Assembly (NCBI GenBank): GCA_036574205.1
Contig: JAINCQ010000021.1
Span: 1 to 64,000, forward strand
Direction: 5' to 3'
DNA: 64,000 bases
DNA from: Elusimicrobiota bacterium
GTDB taxonomy: Bacteria > Elusimicrobiota > Elusimicrobia > Elusimicrobiales > UBA9959
The position numbers and the translations under genes are program-made. Position 1 is the stretch's first letter. Each line of letters starts with the position of its first letter. A model generated the notes under the pieces. The model was not told the origin of the DNA and ran no database searches. It saw nothing but the letters and a program-made list of their open reading frames with translations. This document shows, one piece after another, positions 1 to 9,977 of this stretch.

Positions 1-4
1 CGAA

Positions 5-1478
5 TCAAGCAATGTATAATGTAACCCAAATTTCTGTTAAAGAAAGGAGGGTTTCATGCCGAGTTACAAATCAAAAATGGAATATCTACAAAATATTTAC
101 CATCGTTATCACAAGGCGGGCAAAACAGATAAAGGCAGGATTCTTGATGAATTCTGTAAGGTTTGTGATTATAATCGCAAGTATGCCATAAGATTGCTAA
201 ATGGTCCATATCCTGAAGGTAAGGTAAAAATAATTCGTAAACGTAAGCCTGTTTATAGCCAGACGACAATCGATATTTTAGAGCATATATGGAAACATTC
301 AGGATATTTATGTGGGCAAAGGCTTAAAGAAACTATTCCTTTATGGATGGGTTATATTACTAAACACTTTAATATTAACTCACAAATTAAAAAAGAGCTT
401 CTCAATATCAGCGCCAGGCAGATTGATAATCGTCTTAAAGTTAAGAAATCAATACTAAAGAGAAGCATTTATAGAACTACCCGGCCAGGTTATTTGCTTA
501 AACATAAGATACCGATACGCACACATAATTGGGATGTTAGAATACCTGGATTTTTGGAAGTAGATTTGGTTGCGCACTGTGGCAATTCCAATAATGGTCA
601 GTTTATTTATACGCTTAATGCGACAGACATCCAGACTGGTTGGACAGAAAGATTTGCCGTAATGGGTAAAGGGCAAAGTGGTGTTATGGCTGGGATTGTT
701 AATATCAGGAAGAACATTCCCTTCAGGATGCGGAAAATTGTCTCAGATAACGGGGAAGAATTTATTAATGAGCATCTTTTGAATTTTTGTATAAAATCCA
801 GACCACGTATCCAGTTTACCCGATCAAGACCTTACAAAAAAGATGATAATGCACATATTGAGCAGAAAAACTTCACGCATGTAAGAAAGATTTTTGGCTG
901 GGATCGTTATGACACTGAGGAGGCTTTATCAGCTATGAATGATCTTTATGAAAATGAGCTGAGACTTTTTCAAAATTTATTTCAGCCTTCCTTCAAACTT
1001 ATCAAAAAGACCAGAATAGGTTCAAAGCTGGTTAGAAAATATGACAAACCGAAAACAGCCTTTCAGAGACTTCTTGAATCGGGCAAATTTGATAAAAGCA
1101 AAGTTAAAAAGCTAAAAGAAATATTTGCTATTTTAGATCCTTTTGAACTATCTAAAATGATTGATGAGAAGTTAGAATGTATTTATAAAATGGCTGCAGA
1201 AAAAATCAATATTAACAACGGTTTTAAATATCCAAGAAGTCGGATTTTGACCTCAAATGAAACTATTTCAAGCTACCGTCAGCCATATAAAAATTCAAAA
1301 TCTTCATGGAGGAATTTTATTTTCTCCAGAAAGTCATTTGAGACGTAGAAAAATTATGATGCAGTCCATTGGTAAGAATTTTGTTGTTAGTAAAATTTAA
1401 ATGAAAAGGAGGAAAAATTCGGTTACCTTTCTGATTGCACAATTGATTATATTATGGTTACATTTTTAAATTGCTTGA
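5..1478 (+). mobile_element. Insertion sequence (ISNCY-like) with imperfect terminal inverted repeats
   Basis: Left end TCAAGCAATGTATAATGTAACC (5-26) matches the reverse complement of 1456-1478 (TCAAGCAATTTAAAAATGTAACC) and brackets a single transposase ORF; exact outer ends uncertain. Confidence 0.75.
56..1348 (+). CDS. DDE transposase, integrase core (rve) domain
   Basis: FLEVDLVAHCG, TDIQTGWTE, SDNGEEFIN, FTRSRPYKKDDNAHIEQKN motifs; N-terminal HTH-like region; SD AAGGAGG upstream. Confidence 0.9.
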   Translation: MPSYKSKMEYLQNIYHRYHKAGKTDKGRILDEFCKVCDYNRKYAIRLLNGPYPEGKVKIIRKRKPVYSQTTIDILEHIWKHSGYLCGQRLKETIPLWMGYITKHFNINSQIKKELLNISARQIDNRLKVKKSILKRSIYRTTRPGYLLKHKIPIRTHNWDVRIPGFLEVDLVAHCGNSNNGQFIYTLNATDIQTGWTERFAVMGKGQSGVMAGIVNIRKNIPFRMRKIVSDNGEEFINEHLLNFCIKSRPRIQFTRSRPYKKDDNAHIEQKNFTHVRKIFGWDRYDTEEALSAMNDLYENELRLFQNLFQPSFKLIKKTRIGSKLVRKYDKPKTAFQRLLESGKFDKSKVKKLKEIFAILDPFELSKMIDEKLECIYKMAAEKININNGFKYPRSRILTSNETISSYRQPYKNSKSSWRNFIFSRKSFET

Positions 1479-1503
1479 CAGGTTGTGTAAGATATCTATA
1501 CAT

Positions 1504-1565
1504 ACCTGTCTGCGTGCCTGCCTGAGCGAAGACACTCGCAGTCAGGCGGACACGCACAGGCAGGT
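1504..1565. repeat. GC-rich nested palindromic REP-like element
   Basis: ACCTGTCTGCGTG...CACGCACAGGCAGGT outer arms enclosing CTGCCTGA...TCAGGCGG and GCGA/TCGC inner arms; GC-rich island in AT-rich DNA. Confidence 0.6.
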
Positions 1566-1729
1566 TGGACTTTTTATGATTTTCAAATTGTTCCTTGAAA
1601 AATACTCCATATAATTATTTTAAGATTCTTTGACCTTAAATATGTCTAATATCTCGGATATTTTGCATAAAGAAGCAAAAAAATATTGTGAGGCAAATTG
1701 TTATTTGTTTTTATTGTATAATAAAAACT

Positions 1730-2746
1730 ATGGATGTGTTTAAAGTAATGAATTTTATAAGAGAAGAAAAATTACCTGAGTATAGGTTTTTACAGATAAA
1801 AGATATGGTTTTTAAAGGAAAGGTTAGATCATTTTCTGAGATACTCTCTCTTCCAAAAGAATTTAGAGAGGAGATAGAAAGAAAAATTGATTTTTATTCA
1901 ATCAATTATTTATCTGCTTTTTCATCTAAAAAAGAAAATGCTGTTAAGTTCCTTTTTGAACTTAAAGATGGCAATAGAATAGAAACAATGATTTTTGAAA
2001 AATCTCCGGGAGTTTGGGTGGCATGTGTGTCCAGTCAGGTTGGATGCCCTGTAGGATGTAAGTTTTGCGCTTCTGGAAAAAAAGGATTAAAAAGAAATCT
2101 TAATTATGAAGAAATAACCGATCAGGTGTTATTTACAATGGGATATTTAAAGCGGAAAAAAATGGGGGATATAAAAAGGATAGTTTATATGGGAATCGGA
2201 GAACCGCTTTTTAATTACGAAAACGTGCTCAAAAGCATAAAGATATTCAACGAATTATTTGGTATAGGTAAAAGGCATATATCGGTATCTACATTTGGCT
2301 ATATCCCCAGGATTAGAGATTTTGCTCACGATCTTCCTCAGGTAAATCTTGCAGTTTCTCTTCATAGCGCAACAGAGAATAGAAGACGCTTGCTTGTCCC
2401 TATGGCTTTTAAGTATGATCTTCTAAGTCTTTCAAAGGCTTTAAAAGATTATTTATTAATTACAAAAAGAAAAATATTTTTTGAATATGTTATGCTTTAT
2501 AAAATAAATGATAGAGAAAAGGATGTTTATAATCTAATTAAGTTTATTGATTCAATTGGAAAAAGAAAATATTTTACTGTCAATCTGATACCTTATAATA
2601 CTACGGATTCTAGTTTTGTTTCTTCCTCTTCGCAAAGAATCAGGGAATTTGCTAATTTATTATTGGCTGAAGGTGTTAATACAACAATAAGAAAAAGTTT
2701 TGGATCTGATATAAAGGGTGCATGCGGACAACTGGCAATAAAATAG
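1730..2746 (+). CDS. rlmN: Radical SAM RNA methyltransferase, RlmN family
   Basis: CVSSQVGCPVGCKFCASG (CxxxCxxC), MGIGEP, LAVSLH, C-terminal GACGQL; ATG 1730 preferred over GTG 1688. Confidence 0.88.
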   Translation: MDVFKVMNFIREEKLPEYRFLQIKDMVFKGKVRSFSEILSLPKEFREEIERKIDFYSINYLSAFSSKKENAVKFLFELKDGNRIETMIFEKSPGVWVACVSSQVGCPVGCKFCASGKKGLKRNLNYEEITDQVLFTMGYLKRKKMGDIKRIVYMGIGEPLFNYENVLKSIKIFNELFGIGKRHISVSTFGYIPRIRDFAHDLPQVNLAVSLHSATENRRRLLVPMAFKYDLLSLSKALKDYLLITKRKIFFEYVMLYKINDREKDVYNLIKFIDSIGKRKYFTVNLIPYNTTDSSFVSSSSQRIREFANLLLAEGVNTTIRKSFGSDIKGACGQLAIK

Positions 2747-2811
2747 CAATCTTTTAAGAATCAAATAAGCATTAAGTGATCTGGTATATAGAATTAATAG
2801 ATTTTTTTAAA

Positions 2812-2885
2812 TGGGCGGTAGAGGATTTGAACCTCTGACCTTTCGCGTGTGAGGCGAACGCTCTAAACCGCTGAGCTAACCGCCC
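2812..2885 (-). tRNA. tRNA-Val(CAC)
   Basis: GGGCGGT/ACCGCCC acceptor stem, AGCTCAGCGGTTTAGAGC D arm, TTCGC-CTCACAC-GCGAA anticodon arm, GGTTCAAATCC T loop; CCA not encoded. Confidence 0.95.
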
Positions 2886-2905
2886 TGTATTAAATTATTT
2901 TACTA

Positions 2906-2943
2906 AAAAAATAAGGGCGGATTTTTAATCCACCCTTATTTTT
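2906..2943 (-). terminator. Intrinsic terminator after clostripain gene (possibly bidirectional)
   Basis: AATAAGGGCGGAT / ATCCACCCTTATT stem flanked by A and T tracts. Confidence 0.75.
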
Positions 2944-2970
2944 GTAAAAAAGTTTTTATTACTTTTTAGT

Positions 2971-4338
2971 TTATTTTATAGAGTAATGTTGTCCGCCAAA
3001 TAACCATTCATACCATGAATTATACGGCTGCGTTGGAGTAGTTGTTGAAGGCGTGGTCGTAGCTGTTGCATCTTTTCCTATATACCATGCCAGAAACTCA
3101 TCCCAGTTTGAATATTTTGACCATTGAAGCTCTGAATAGCCGTTTGCTATAGAATAAGAAGGAAGGTATATGGCTATTCCATTTGAGTTTGAATAATCTG
3201 TTGGCCCCCACCATCCGCTGGATGAATTTGTATATTTATTATACTTCACAAGATTTGTTTTTATAAAACTCATCAAATCTTGCGCCTTTGTCTTTACTTC
3301 GCTGTTTGTTGTCTGAGAATATATAAGCGAGGCAAAATGATAGATATCTTTGTTGTCAGAGACGGCATATGACTGAGTTTGGCTTGCCGCAGTTTTCACT
3401 AAGTTTTTATCTCCAATCTTACTTAATGCATAAGCAAACTCATTGAGTTTTTTAAGAAATCCAGCCATCCGCTCGGCATCTATAACTGAAAGGGTTGAAC
3501 CATCCCCTGTTGATTGATAGTGGCTTGAAAAAGAATCAACCATCGCTTTTGAAAGTTCAAGCGGTGTCATTGTTGGTTTTGCTATAAGTTTATCAAGAAA
3601 GGTGTTGTAAGTGTTCCCGTCTCCTGGTTCTGTTTCTTCAGAAGCAACTATATATTTTACATGGGTTCTTATTTCATAAGCAACCTCTGCCATCTGCATA
3701 AGACATGCGTCAAAATTTAATATATCAACATACCCTATTTCCTTTAATGCCATACCAAGTTGTGGAGTATTTATATGATTTCCGCTTGCCTCATCATATG
3801 AAATACCTTTTGTTACTGATGATTTAAATCCTTTTTCCCATCCACTGCCATGATTCCATATAACAAGAAGATATCTTTTTGCAGGATATGCTTCCTTAGC
3901 CCATTTAACAAATGCTACTAAGGACTTATAATCGCCCATATCCACATCTCCCATGTCGCTTATCAATGTTGAGTTTATTATGTTTGTATCGTTATCCTTT
4001 GTTATATAATATCTTCTTACTCCGGTCCAATCTCCATTTGAACTATCATATCCTTTTATTCTTCCCATTTCAACGACTATGTTTACTTTATCGCTTGAGC
4101 CTATCATCTCCATTTCATTCATATCTTTGATGCCAAATTTTTCAAGGTCGTTTTTGGCATTGAGAAAAACCATAACCGTCCATTCTTTCTGTTCTTTTAT
4201 GGCTTTTGAAACCGACGCTTGCGGGGTTTCTACGCTCATTATTTTTTCTTTAATTTCGCTTTTATTCCCGTCAAAGCTTACCTCTGCAAATGAAAAAACT
4301 GGCAGAAGCAAACTAACAATTGTTAAGAGTTTAAACAT
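2971..4338 (-). CDS. Secreted clostripain-family (C11) cysteine peptidase
   Basis: Signal peptide; WTVMVFLNAKNDLE, WNHGSGW (catalytic His), FDACLM (catalytic Cys), ASEETEPG; T/P-rich C-terminal linker. Confidence 0.9.
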   Translation of the reverse strand: MFKLLTIVSLLLPVFSFAEVSFDGNKSEIKEKIMSVETPQASVSKAIKEQKEWTVMVFLNAKNDLEKFGIKDMNEMEMIGSSDKVNIVVEMGRIKGYDSSNGDWTGVRRYYITKDNDTNIINSTLISDMGDVDMGDYKSLVAFVKWAKEAYPAKRYLLVIWNHGSGWEKGFKSSVTKGISYDEASGNHINTPQLGMALKEIGYVDILNFDACLMQMAEVAYEIRTHVKYIVASEETEPGDGNTYNTFLDKLIAKPTMTPLELSKAMVDSFSSHYQSTGDGSTLSVIDAERMAGFLKKLNEFAYALSKIGDKNLVKTAASQTQSYAVSDNKDIYHFASLIYSQTTNSEVKTKAQDLMSFIKTNLVKYNKYTNSSSGWWGPTDYSNSNGIAIYLPSYSIANGYSELQWSKYSNWDEFLAWYIGKDATATTTPSTTTPTQPYNSWYEWLFGGQHYSIK

Positions 4339-4438
4339 ACTTCCTCCTTTAATATTTTATATATTTTAACAGTTACTTTCTGATTTATCAAGGTCATAAG
4401 GGAAGTTAAAATATAGGACCTTTGGGTAAAAAATAGAT

Positions 4439-7153
4439 TTATTCCCCATTTTTTTGGAGTTTTTCTTTAAGGATTTGATATTCTCTTTCAAGTTCCTGTT
4501 GTTTTATGATAAATTTTTCTTCAAGTTCACGCCTTCTTTCTTCATATTTATTTATAATCTCCCTTTCCTGTCTGATAAGTTTATCAAGATTTTCTTTATC
4601 TCTTTCAAGATTTTCGTTTTTAACCCTATATTGATATTCAAGTTCCTTCAAAAATTTTTCTTGTTCTTCTTTGTATTTTTGTTCTATTGTCTTTATTTCG
4701 TTGTCGTAATTTAAGATTTTTTCGTTCAGTATTTTTGTTTTCTCCCTTAGATCTTTCTGGAGGTTTTCTATTTCCAGATTAAGCCTTTGTTTGTTTTCAT
4801 CTTCCAATTTTCTTTCCTCCAAAAGATTGTTGTAAAGTTTTTCAAGAAGATCATATTTGTTTTTAATCTCAGCAGTTTTTATAGTATATATTTCTTCAAT
4901 TGAAGAAAGAAGTTTTGATTCTCTTTCCTCATATATTTTCCTTATTTCTTCTATTTCAGATTTATATTTTTTCTCTATTTCACTTTTAACTCTTTCTATT
5001 GTTTTAAAGATCTCATCTGTTTTGCTTGAGCTTTGAATTTCTTCTTCTGCGGCAAGCTTCTCAATATATTGAACATATTTTTTTTCTATTTCATTTAGTT
5101 TCTCTGTGTATTCTGCTTGAAGTTTTTTTTGGATTTCAAGAAGTTCAAAGCTGAGATTGGATTTAATTGAGTTTTTTTCAGATTCTATCATGGATTTTTC
5201 TATGGATATCTCGTTCAGTTTTTTAGTAAGGGATGCTACCATGTTTTGATATGTCTCAGTCTCTTTTTGTTTGATTGAAATCAAATTTTTTAACTCCGTT
5301 ACTTCCTGTAAGGTTTCAATATTGTTGTTTTTAATATGGTTTTTTTCGTTTTCTTTTTCAATCAATTCGGTTCTTAAATTTTCTATTAACCTGTTTTTCT
5401 CTTCATCTGCTTTAGAATAAATATTTTTTAAGTTTTCTGACTCATTTTCATAATATTCTTTAAGCTCAGTGATGGTATTGTTGAAAAAGTTTTTTATCTC
5501 ATCAAGCCTTCTTTCAAAATCGGATATTGTCTGGGAGGTGAGAGATTTGGCTCCCTCAAAAGATTTTTCTATCAACTTTTCTGTCATTAACCCAATTTTT
5601 TCTATAAGAGATTTCATATCGGTAGTGTTATTGTTTATTTTTGTTTCAAGTTGCATAATTGATTCCGATATCCCCTGCTCTATTGTTGAAAAATGTTTTT
5701 TTCTGTGCTTGTCAAATTCTCTTGATATTGCAGATATTTTCTCAATATAGTTTTTTCTCATCTCCTCAGCCTGAACCTGTTTTTCTCTTGCAAACTCCTC
5801 AGCCATTTTCTCTTTTTCGCTTTCAAGAGATTTAATCGTAGCCTTCATCTTTTCAATTGTGTCCTGCATATTTTCTTTTTCTTTTAAAAGGTTATTTAAT
5901 TCATTATTTTTCTGCTCAACTAAATTAATCAAGTTTCTTTCCTTAGACTCAAAACTTTTTTTAATGGAATCTATTTCTTGTTCATAAAGTTTTTTATAAA
6001 ATTCTGATATCTCATCCTCTTTTTGTTTTAGTTCTTCTGCGATTTTTTTCTTTTCAGCTATTATTTCATCTCTTTTGGCATTAATGTCGGCTTTTATCTT
6101 TTCAAGATTTTGCCATTCTGCTCTTAAAATAATCATTTTTTGCTCATAAAATTTCTCAAGTTCAGCTTTCTTTGTCTCATATTCTGCTTTAAGTATCTCA
6201 AATTTTTTTTGGTTCTCAATTTCAGTTCTTGCTCGTTCGCTTTCCATTTCCTGTTGTATCATTTCAAATTCTGTTTTGTGTTTTTCCTCAAGCCTTTTAA
6301 TTTCATTGTCTTTAAAATCTACTAAAGACTTAAGCTCCTGAATGTCCTGTTCATATTCCTTTTTAATCGCATTTAGCCTGAACTCATAATTTTTTTCAAG
6401 GTTCTTTTTTTCTTTCTCGGATATTTTTTTAATTTCATCTGTAAATTTTTTATATTCAGTTTCAAACTCCTCTCTGGCTTTTTCCCTTTCAATATTTTTT
6501 TCAGTTTCTATGTCTTTTTCTTTCTGCATCAGTATTTCCATAATTTCCATTTTACGTCTTTCCTCAAAGTTCTTTCTTGCTATATCAAGTTTTTCCATGT
6601 ATATTTTTTCAAGTAAAGCACTATTGGCTTTTATCTCCTTTTCATATGCGTCTTTTATAAGCTTTATTTCAAGATTTATTCTGTTTCTTTCCTTGATTAT
6701 TTCTTCATTTTTTTCGGTTTTTATTTTTTCAATAAGTTCGGCAAAGTCTCGATCAAGTTCTTCTTTTTTCTTTTTTGTCTCGTTTTCATATTCCTTTTGT
6801 TTTTCTTTGAGATACTCTTTTTCTTTTTCCATCTCCTCCTGCATTTTTTTAAAGGATTCCTCCATAAGGTCGCGGTATTTTTCCCATATCTTTCTTTCTC
6901 TTTCAGCAATTAATTCAATCATTTCTTTTTCGCGTCTTGCAATCTCAGTGTCTTTTGATTTTATAAATGTATCCAATTCTATCTCTTTAACTCGCTTAAG
7001 TTTTTGCATCTCGTTAAAAAAACTGTTTTTAAGTTGTTTTATCTCTTCTTCTTTTTTTTTCAATTCAGATGTCAACTCAAGTATGAGTTTTGCCTCATTT
7101 ATATCATCTTTATTTAAATTATAATCGTCGTCTTTTTCTATCTCCCATTCCAT
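4439..7153 (-). CDS. Large E/K-rich coiled-coil protein (904 aa), function unknown
   Basis: Long ORF, helical composition throughout, no NTPase motif, TM or signal peptide seen. Confidence 0.8.
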   Translation of the reverse strand: MEWEIEKDDDYNLNKDDINEAKLILELTSELKKKEEEIKQLKNSFFNEMQKLKRVKEIELDTFIKSKDTEIARREKEMIELIAERERKIWEKYRDLMEESFKKMQEEMEKEKEYLKEKQKEYENETKKKKEELDRDFAELIEKIKTEKNEEIIKERNRINLEIKLIKDAYEKEIKANSALLEKIYMEKLDIARKNFEERRKMEIMEILMQKEKDIETEKNIEREKAREEFETEYKKFTDEIKKISEKEKKNLEKNYEFRLNAIKKEYEQDIQELKSLVDFKDNEIKRLEEKHKTEFEMIQQEMESERARTEIENQKKFEILKAEYETKKAELEKFYEQKMIILRAEWQNLEKIKADINAKRDEIIAEKKKIAEELKQKEDEISEFYKKLYEQEIDSIKKSFESKERNLINLVEQKNNELNNLLKEKENMQDTIEKMKATIKSLESEKEKMAEEFAREKQVQAEEMRKNYIEKISAISREFDKHRKKHFSTIEQGISESIMQLETKINNNTTDMKSLIEKIGLMTEKLIEKSFEGAKSLTSQTISDFERRLDEIKNFFNNTITELKEYYENESENLKNIYSKADEEKNRLIENLRTELIEKENEKNHIKNNNIETLQEVTELKNLISIKQKETETYQNMVASLTKKLNEISIEKSMIESEKNSIKSNLSFELLEIQKKLQAEYTEKLNEIEKKYVQYIEKLAAEEEIQSSSKTDEIFKTIERVKSEIEKKYKSEIEEIRKIYEERESKLLSSIEEIYTIKTAEIKNKYDLLEKLYNNLLEERKLEDENKQRLNLEIENLQKDLREKTKILNEKILNYDNEIKTIEQKYKEEQEKFLKELEYQYRVKNENLERDKENLDKLIRQEREIINKYEERRRELEEKFIIKQQELEREYQILKEKLQKNGE

Positions 7154-7163
7154 ATATTTGCCC

Positions 7164-9977
7164 TTATCTTTCTATGTTTTTTTGTTTTTGTAATTCTTCC
7201 CATCTTCGCCTGTATTTTTCAATTAATTCATCTTCTTTTTTCTGAATCTGCGAAAGTAATGTGTTTCTTTCTCTTTCAAGCTCATCATATTTTTCCATTA
7301 ATTTGTCTTCTATCTCTTTTCTTTTTTTTGAAAATTCACTTTGCCATTTTTCTATGCTTGAGTGGTAATTTCTCTCAAGCTCCGTAACCTTTGCTTCATA
7401 TTGAGTTGTAAGTTCTTTTTTGAGCATATCAAGGTTGGCAAGTTCTGAAAGATATTTTTCCTCAATTTCTCTTTGCTTTTTTTCAAACTCAGCTTGTAAA
7501 ACTGCTTTTTCTCTGGCTATTATGTCAAATTTTCTTTTTTCCCATTCCGTCTTTTCTCTTTCAAAGTCTTTTATGAATTTTTCCTTAAAAGAGATAAAAT
7601 CACTTTCAAGTTTTTCTTCGCGCTGTTTGAGTTTGTTTTCCATTGAAATCAATTTTTCTTTATATTCTTTCTCTTTCTTTTCCTCAAAATCTCTAATTCG
7701 CATTCTGTAATTTTCCTCAAGATCATTTCTTATTTCCATAAGTTTTCTTTCCATCTCAGCTCTTGCAATTTCTTTTTCTTTTTCTGCTTCGGCTTTGATT
7801 TTTTCAATTTTTTCTTTATATTCTTTATCCTGCTCATTGGCTTTTGCCAGAATCTGGGCAAGTTTTGCCTCATAATCGGCTTCTATTTCTTTTGTTTTTT
7901 CCTTTGTTTTTTCCATCAACTCTTTTTTCATCTCTGCTATTTTAACATTAAGCTCAGCCTCTTTTTCTATCAATCTTTTTTCAAATTCCACTTCTTTTGC
8001 ATAATATTCGTCTTCAAGTTTTTTCCTCAAATTCTCAATTTCCTTTTCTCTGTTTAGAATGTGCATTTCTCTTGATTTGAAAAGTTCTGTTATTTTATTT
8101 CTTTCAGCCTGAAGTTTTATCTCATATTCTTTTTCCAGTTCAACTGCCTTTTGCTCAAATTTTTTTCTCTCTTCTTCAATACTTTCTTCCTTTGCGATAA
8201 TCTCTTTTTGTAGTAATTTCAATCTTAATTCAAACTCATTTTCAATTTTTTTCTTCTCATCGGCTACAAGCTGAGCAAGTCTTAATTCCATTTGAGCTTC
8301 TTTTTCCTCAATAATTTTTGAATATTTTTCTTCATATTCCTTTTTTATTTTTTCTACAAAATCTAACTCCTTTTTTTCCTGTTCCTCTTTTAGTTTTTTC
8401 TCCACTTCTTCATATTTTTTTCTTAAAATCTCACGATATCTTGCTACTTCTTTCCTTATTTGAGTATTTGCCTCTTGAGATATCCTTTCTTTTTCAATAA
8501 TAAGTTCTTCCTCTATCTCAATTCTTCTTTCCTCAATAGCGGCTTTAAAAGATTTCATTTTATTTTCCATCTCCGCATTCATCTTTTCTCTTTCTTGGTT
8601 AATTTCGGCGATTTTATCTGAATACCATTTCTGGGTTTCTTTCCTTAAAGCCTCACTAAGAGCGTCATAGTTTGCTTTATATCTAGCCTCAACTTCTTTT
8701 GTAATCTCAGCAATTTTTCTCTGGCTATCTTCGTTTATTTCTTTTTCTCTTTTTAAAAATTTTTCTTCCCACTGTTTGTTGTTTTTTTCTATTTCTAATG
8801 CAGCTTCTTCTCTTGATTTTATTATTATATTGTGCCAGTTTTCTTTTATTCGTTCAACTATCTCTGATATCTTCTGGCTGTTTTCCTCATCGTGTTTTTT
8901 TATTAATTCGGCATAATTTTTTTCAAGTTCTTCCCTGAGTATCAGATATGCTTTTTCCTTCTCATCAATAAACTTGTGAAATTCTTTTTGCTCTTCGTTT
9001 AATTTTGCTTCATATTCCTTTCTTATTTTCTCAATCTCTGCGTCTTTTTCGCTTAATATTCTTTTCCTTTCAATTTCAAAAGATCTGATAAATTCCATTT
9101 TCTCATTTTCAAGAGCTTTTGTTGCTTCGCTTATTTTCTCAATGAATTCCTGCTGAAGTTGTTTTTTGGCATTGGAAAATGACTCAAAAATAGCCTTTCG
9201 TTCATTTTCAATCTCCATCCTTAATTCTTTTTCTTTCAAGTCATACTTTTGTTCAAGTTCTTTTTTTATTTCATCTAATTTCAGATTGTATTGATTTTTT
9301 ATTTCTTCTTCTCTTCTTTCAAGTTCTTTTTCTTTTTCCTTGTAAAGATTTAGAAGATCCTGGTGTTTTTTGTCAAACTGCTTATTAATAGAGGCTTGAG
9401 CTTCCTCAAGTTCTATTCTATGTCTTTCTATGAGTTCCTGTTCAAGTTTTTCGTATCTTTCTTTCAGGTTTTGTCTTGCGGTGTTATGTTCTTTTTTATA
9501 GTTTTCTATTATTGCATTAACCTCTTCATCTTTTTTGCGTGAAAAATCTTTTATCTCCTCAGAAAGTTTTAGTTTAAGCGAATAAAGCTCGTTTTCTTTT
9601 GAGACAAGCTCTTTTTTTAGAAAAGAAATCTCCTCCTCTAATTTCTTTTTTATAGCGACAAAATATTCCTGTTCTTCATTAAGAACTTCCTGTCTTAGTT
9701 TTTCTTTTAACTCGCGTTCTATTTCATCCTGAGTTTTTATCATCTCTTCCCATTTTTTTACCGTCGTTTGCCATTTGGATAAAAGCGCTTCATTTTGCTC
9801 AAGCTTAAGTGTCATCTCCCTGTTTTTTGAAAGTAGTTCATCTTTTTCTTTTTTAATCAAATCATAATCGTCTCTTAATTTATACAGCTTTTCCACAGCC
9901 CATCTTAAGGCAAGTTTAGCGGTTTCAAAATCTGTAATAGTTGAGGGGTCTAATTTTTGTTTTTCATCCCAGTCCAT
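7164..9977 (-). CDS. Large E/K-rich coiled-coil protein (~937 aa) with 11-residue periodicity
   Basis: GGAGGA upstream of ATG 9977; short N-terminal head LDPSTITDFETAKLALRWAVEKL, then continuous coiled coil. Confidence 0.8.
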   Translation of the reverse strand: MDWDEKQKLDPSTITDFETAKLALRWAVEKLYKLRDDYDLIKKEKDELLSKNREMTLKLEQNEALLSKWQTTVKKWEEMIKTQDEIERELKEKLRQEVLNEEQEYFVAIKKKLEEEISFLKKELVSKENELYSLKLKLSEEIKDFSRKKDEEVNAIIENYKKEHNTARQNLKERYEKLEQELIERHRIELEEAQASINKQFDKKHQDLLNLYKEKEKELERREEEIKNQYNLKLDEIKKELEQKYDLKEKELRMEIENERKAIFESFSNAKKQLQQEFIEKISEATKALENEKMEFIRSFEIERKRILSEKDAEIEKIRKEYEAKLNEEQKEFHKFIDEKEKAYLILREELEKNYAELIKKHDEENSQKISEIVERIKENWHNIIIKSREEAALEIEKNNKQWEEKFLKREKEINEDSQRKIAEITKEVEARYKANYDALSEALRKETQKWYSDKIAEINQEREKMNAEMENKMKSFKAAIEERRIEIEEELIIEKERISQEANTQIRKEVARYREILRKKYEEVEKKLKEEQEKKELDFVEKIKKEYEEKYSKIIEEKEAQMELRLAQLVADEKKKIENEFELRLKLLQKEIIAKEESIEEERKKFEQKAVELEKEYEIKLQAERNKITELFKSREMHILNREKEIENLRKKLEDEYYAKEVEFEKRLIEKEAELNVKIAEMKKELMEKTKEKTKEIEADYEAKLAQILAKANEQDKEYKEKIEKIKAEAEKEKEIARAEMERKLMEIRNDLEENYRMRIRDFEEKKEKEYKEKLISMENKLKQREEKLESDFISFKEKFIKDFEREKTEWEKRKFDIIAREKAVLQAEFEKKQREIEEKYLSELANLDMLKKELTTQYEAKVTELERNYHSSIEKWQSEFSKKRKEIEDKLMEKYDELERERNTLLSQIQKKEDELIEKYRRRWEELQKQKNIER

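Noticed and set aside
1730..2746. Cfr-type resistance methyltransferase next to an IS
   Set aside because: CVSSQVGC motif fits RlmN, and the gene lies outside the IS ends; a phylogeny would be needed to exclude Cfr-like clades fully
2812..2885. tRNA as integration site of a genomic island
   Set aside because: No tyrosine/serine integrase and no duplicated tRNA 3' end seen in the window
6510..7124. 204-aa + strand ORF and other F/S/L-rich antisense ORFs over the coiled-coil genes
   Set aside because: Shadow frames of GAA/AAA-rich coding sequence on the opposite strand
4439..9977. SMC/SbcC or phage tape-measure assignment
   Set aside because: No Walker A/B, signature or hinge motifs; no phage genes nearby; composition is E/K-rich rather than A/G-rich
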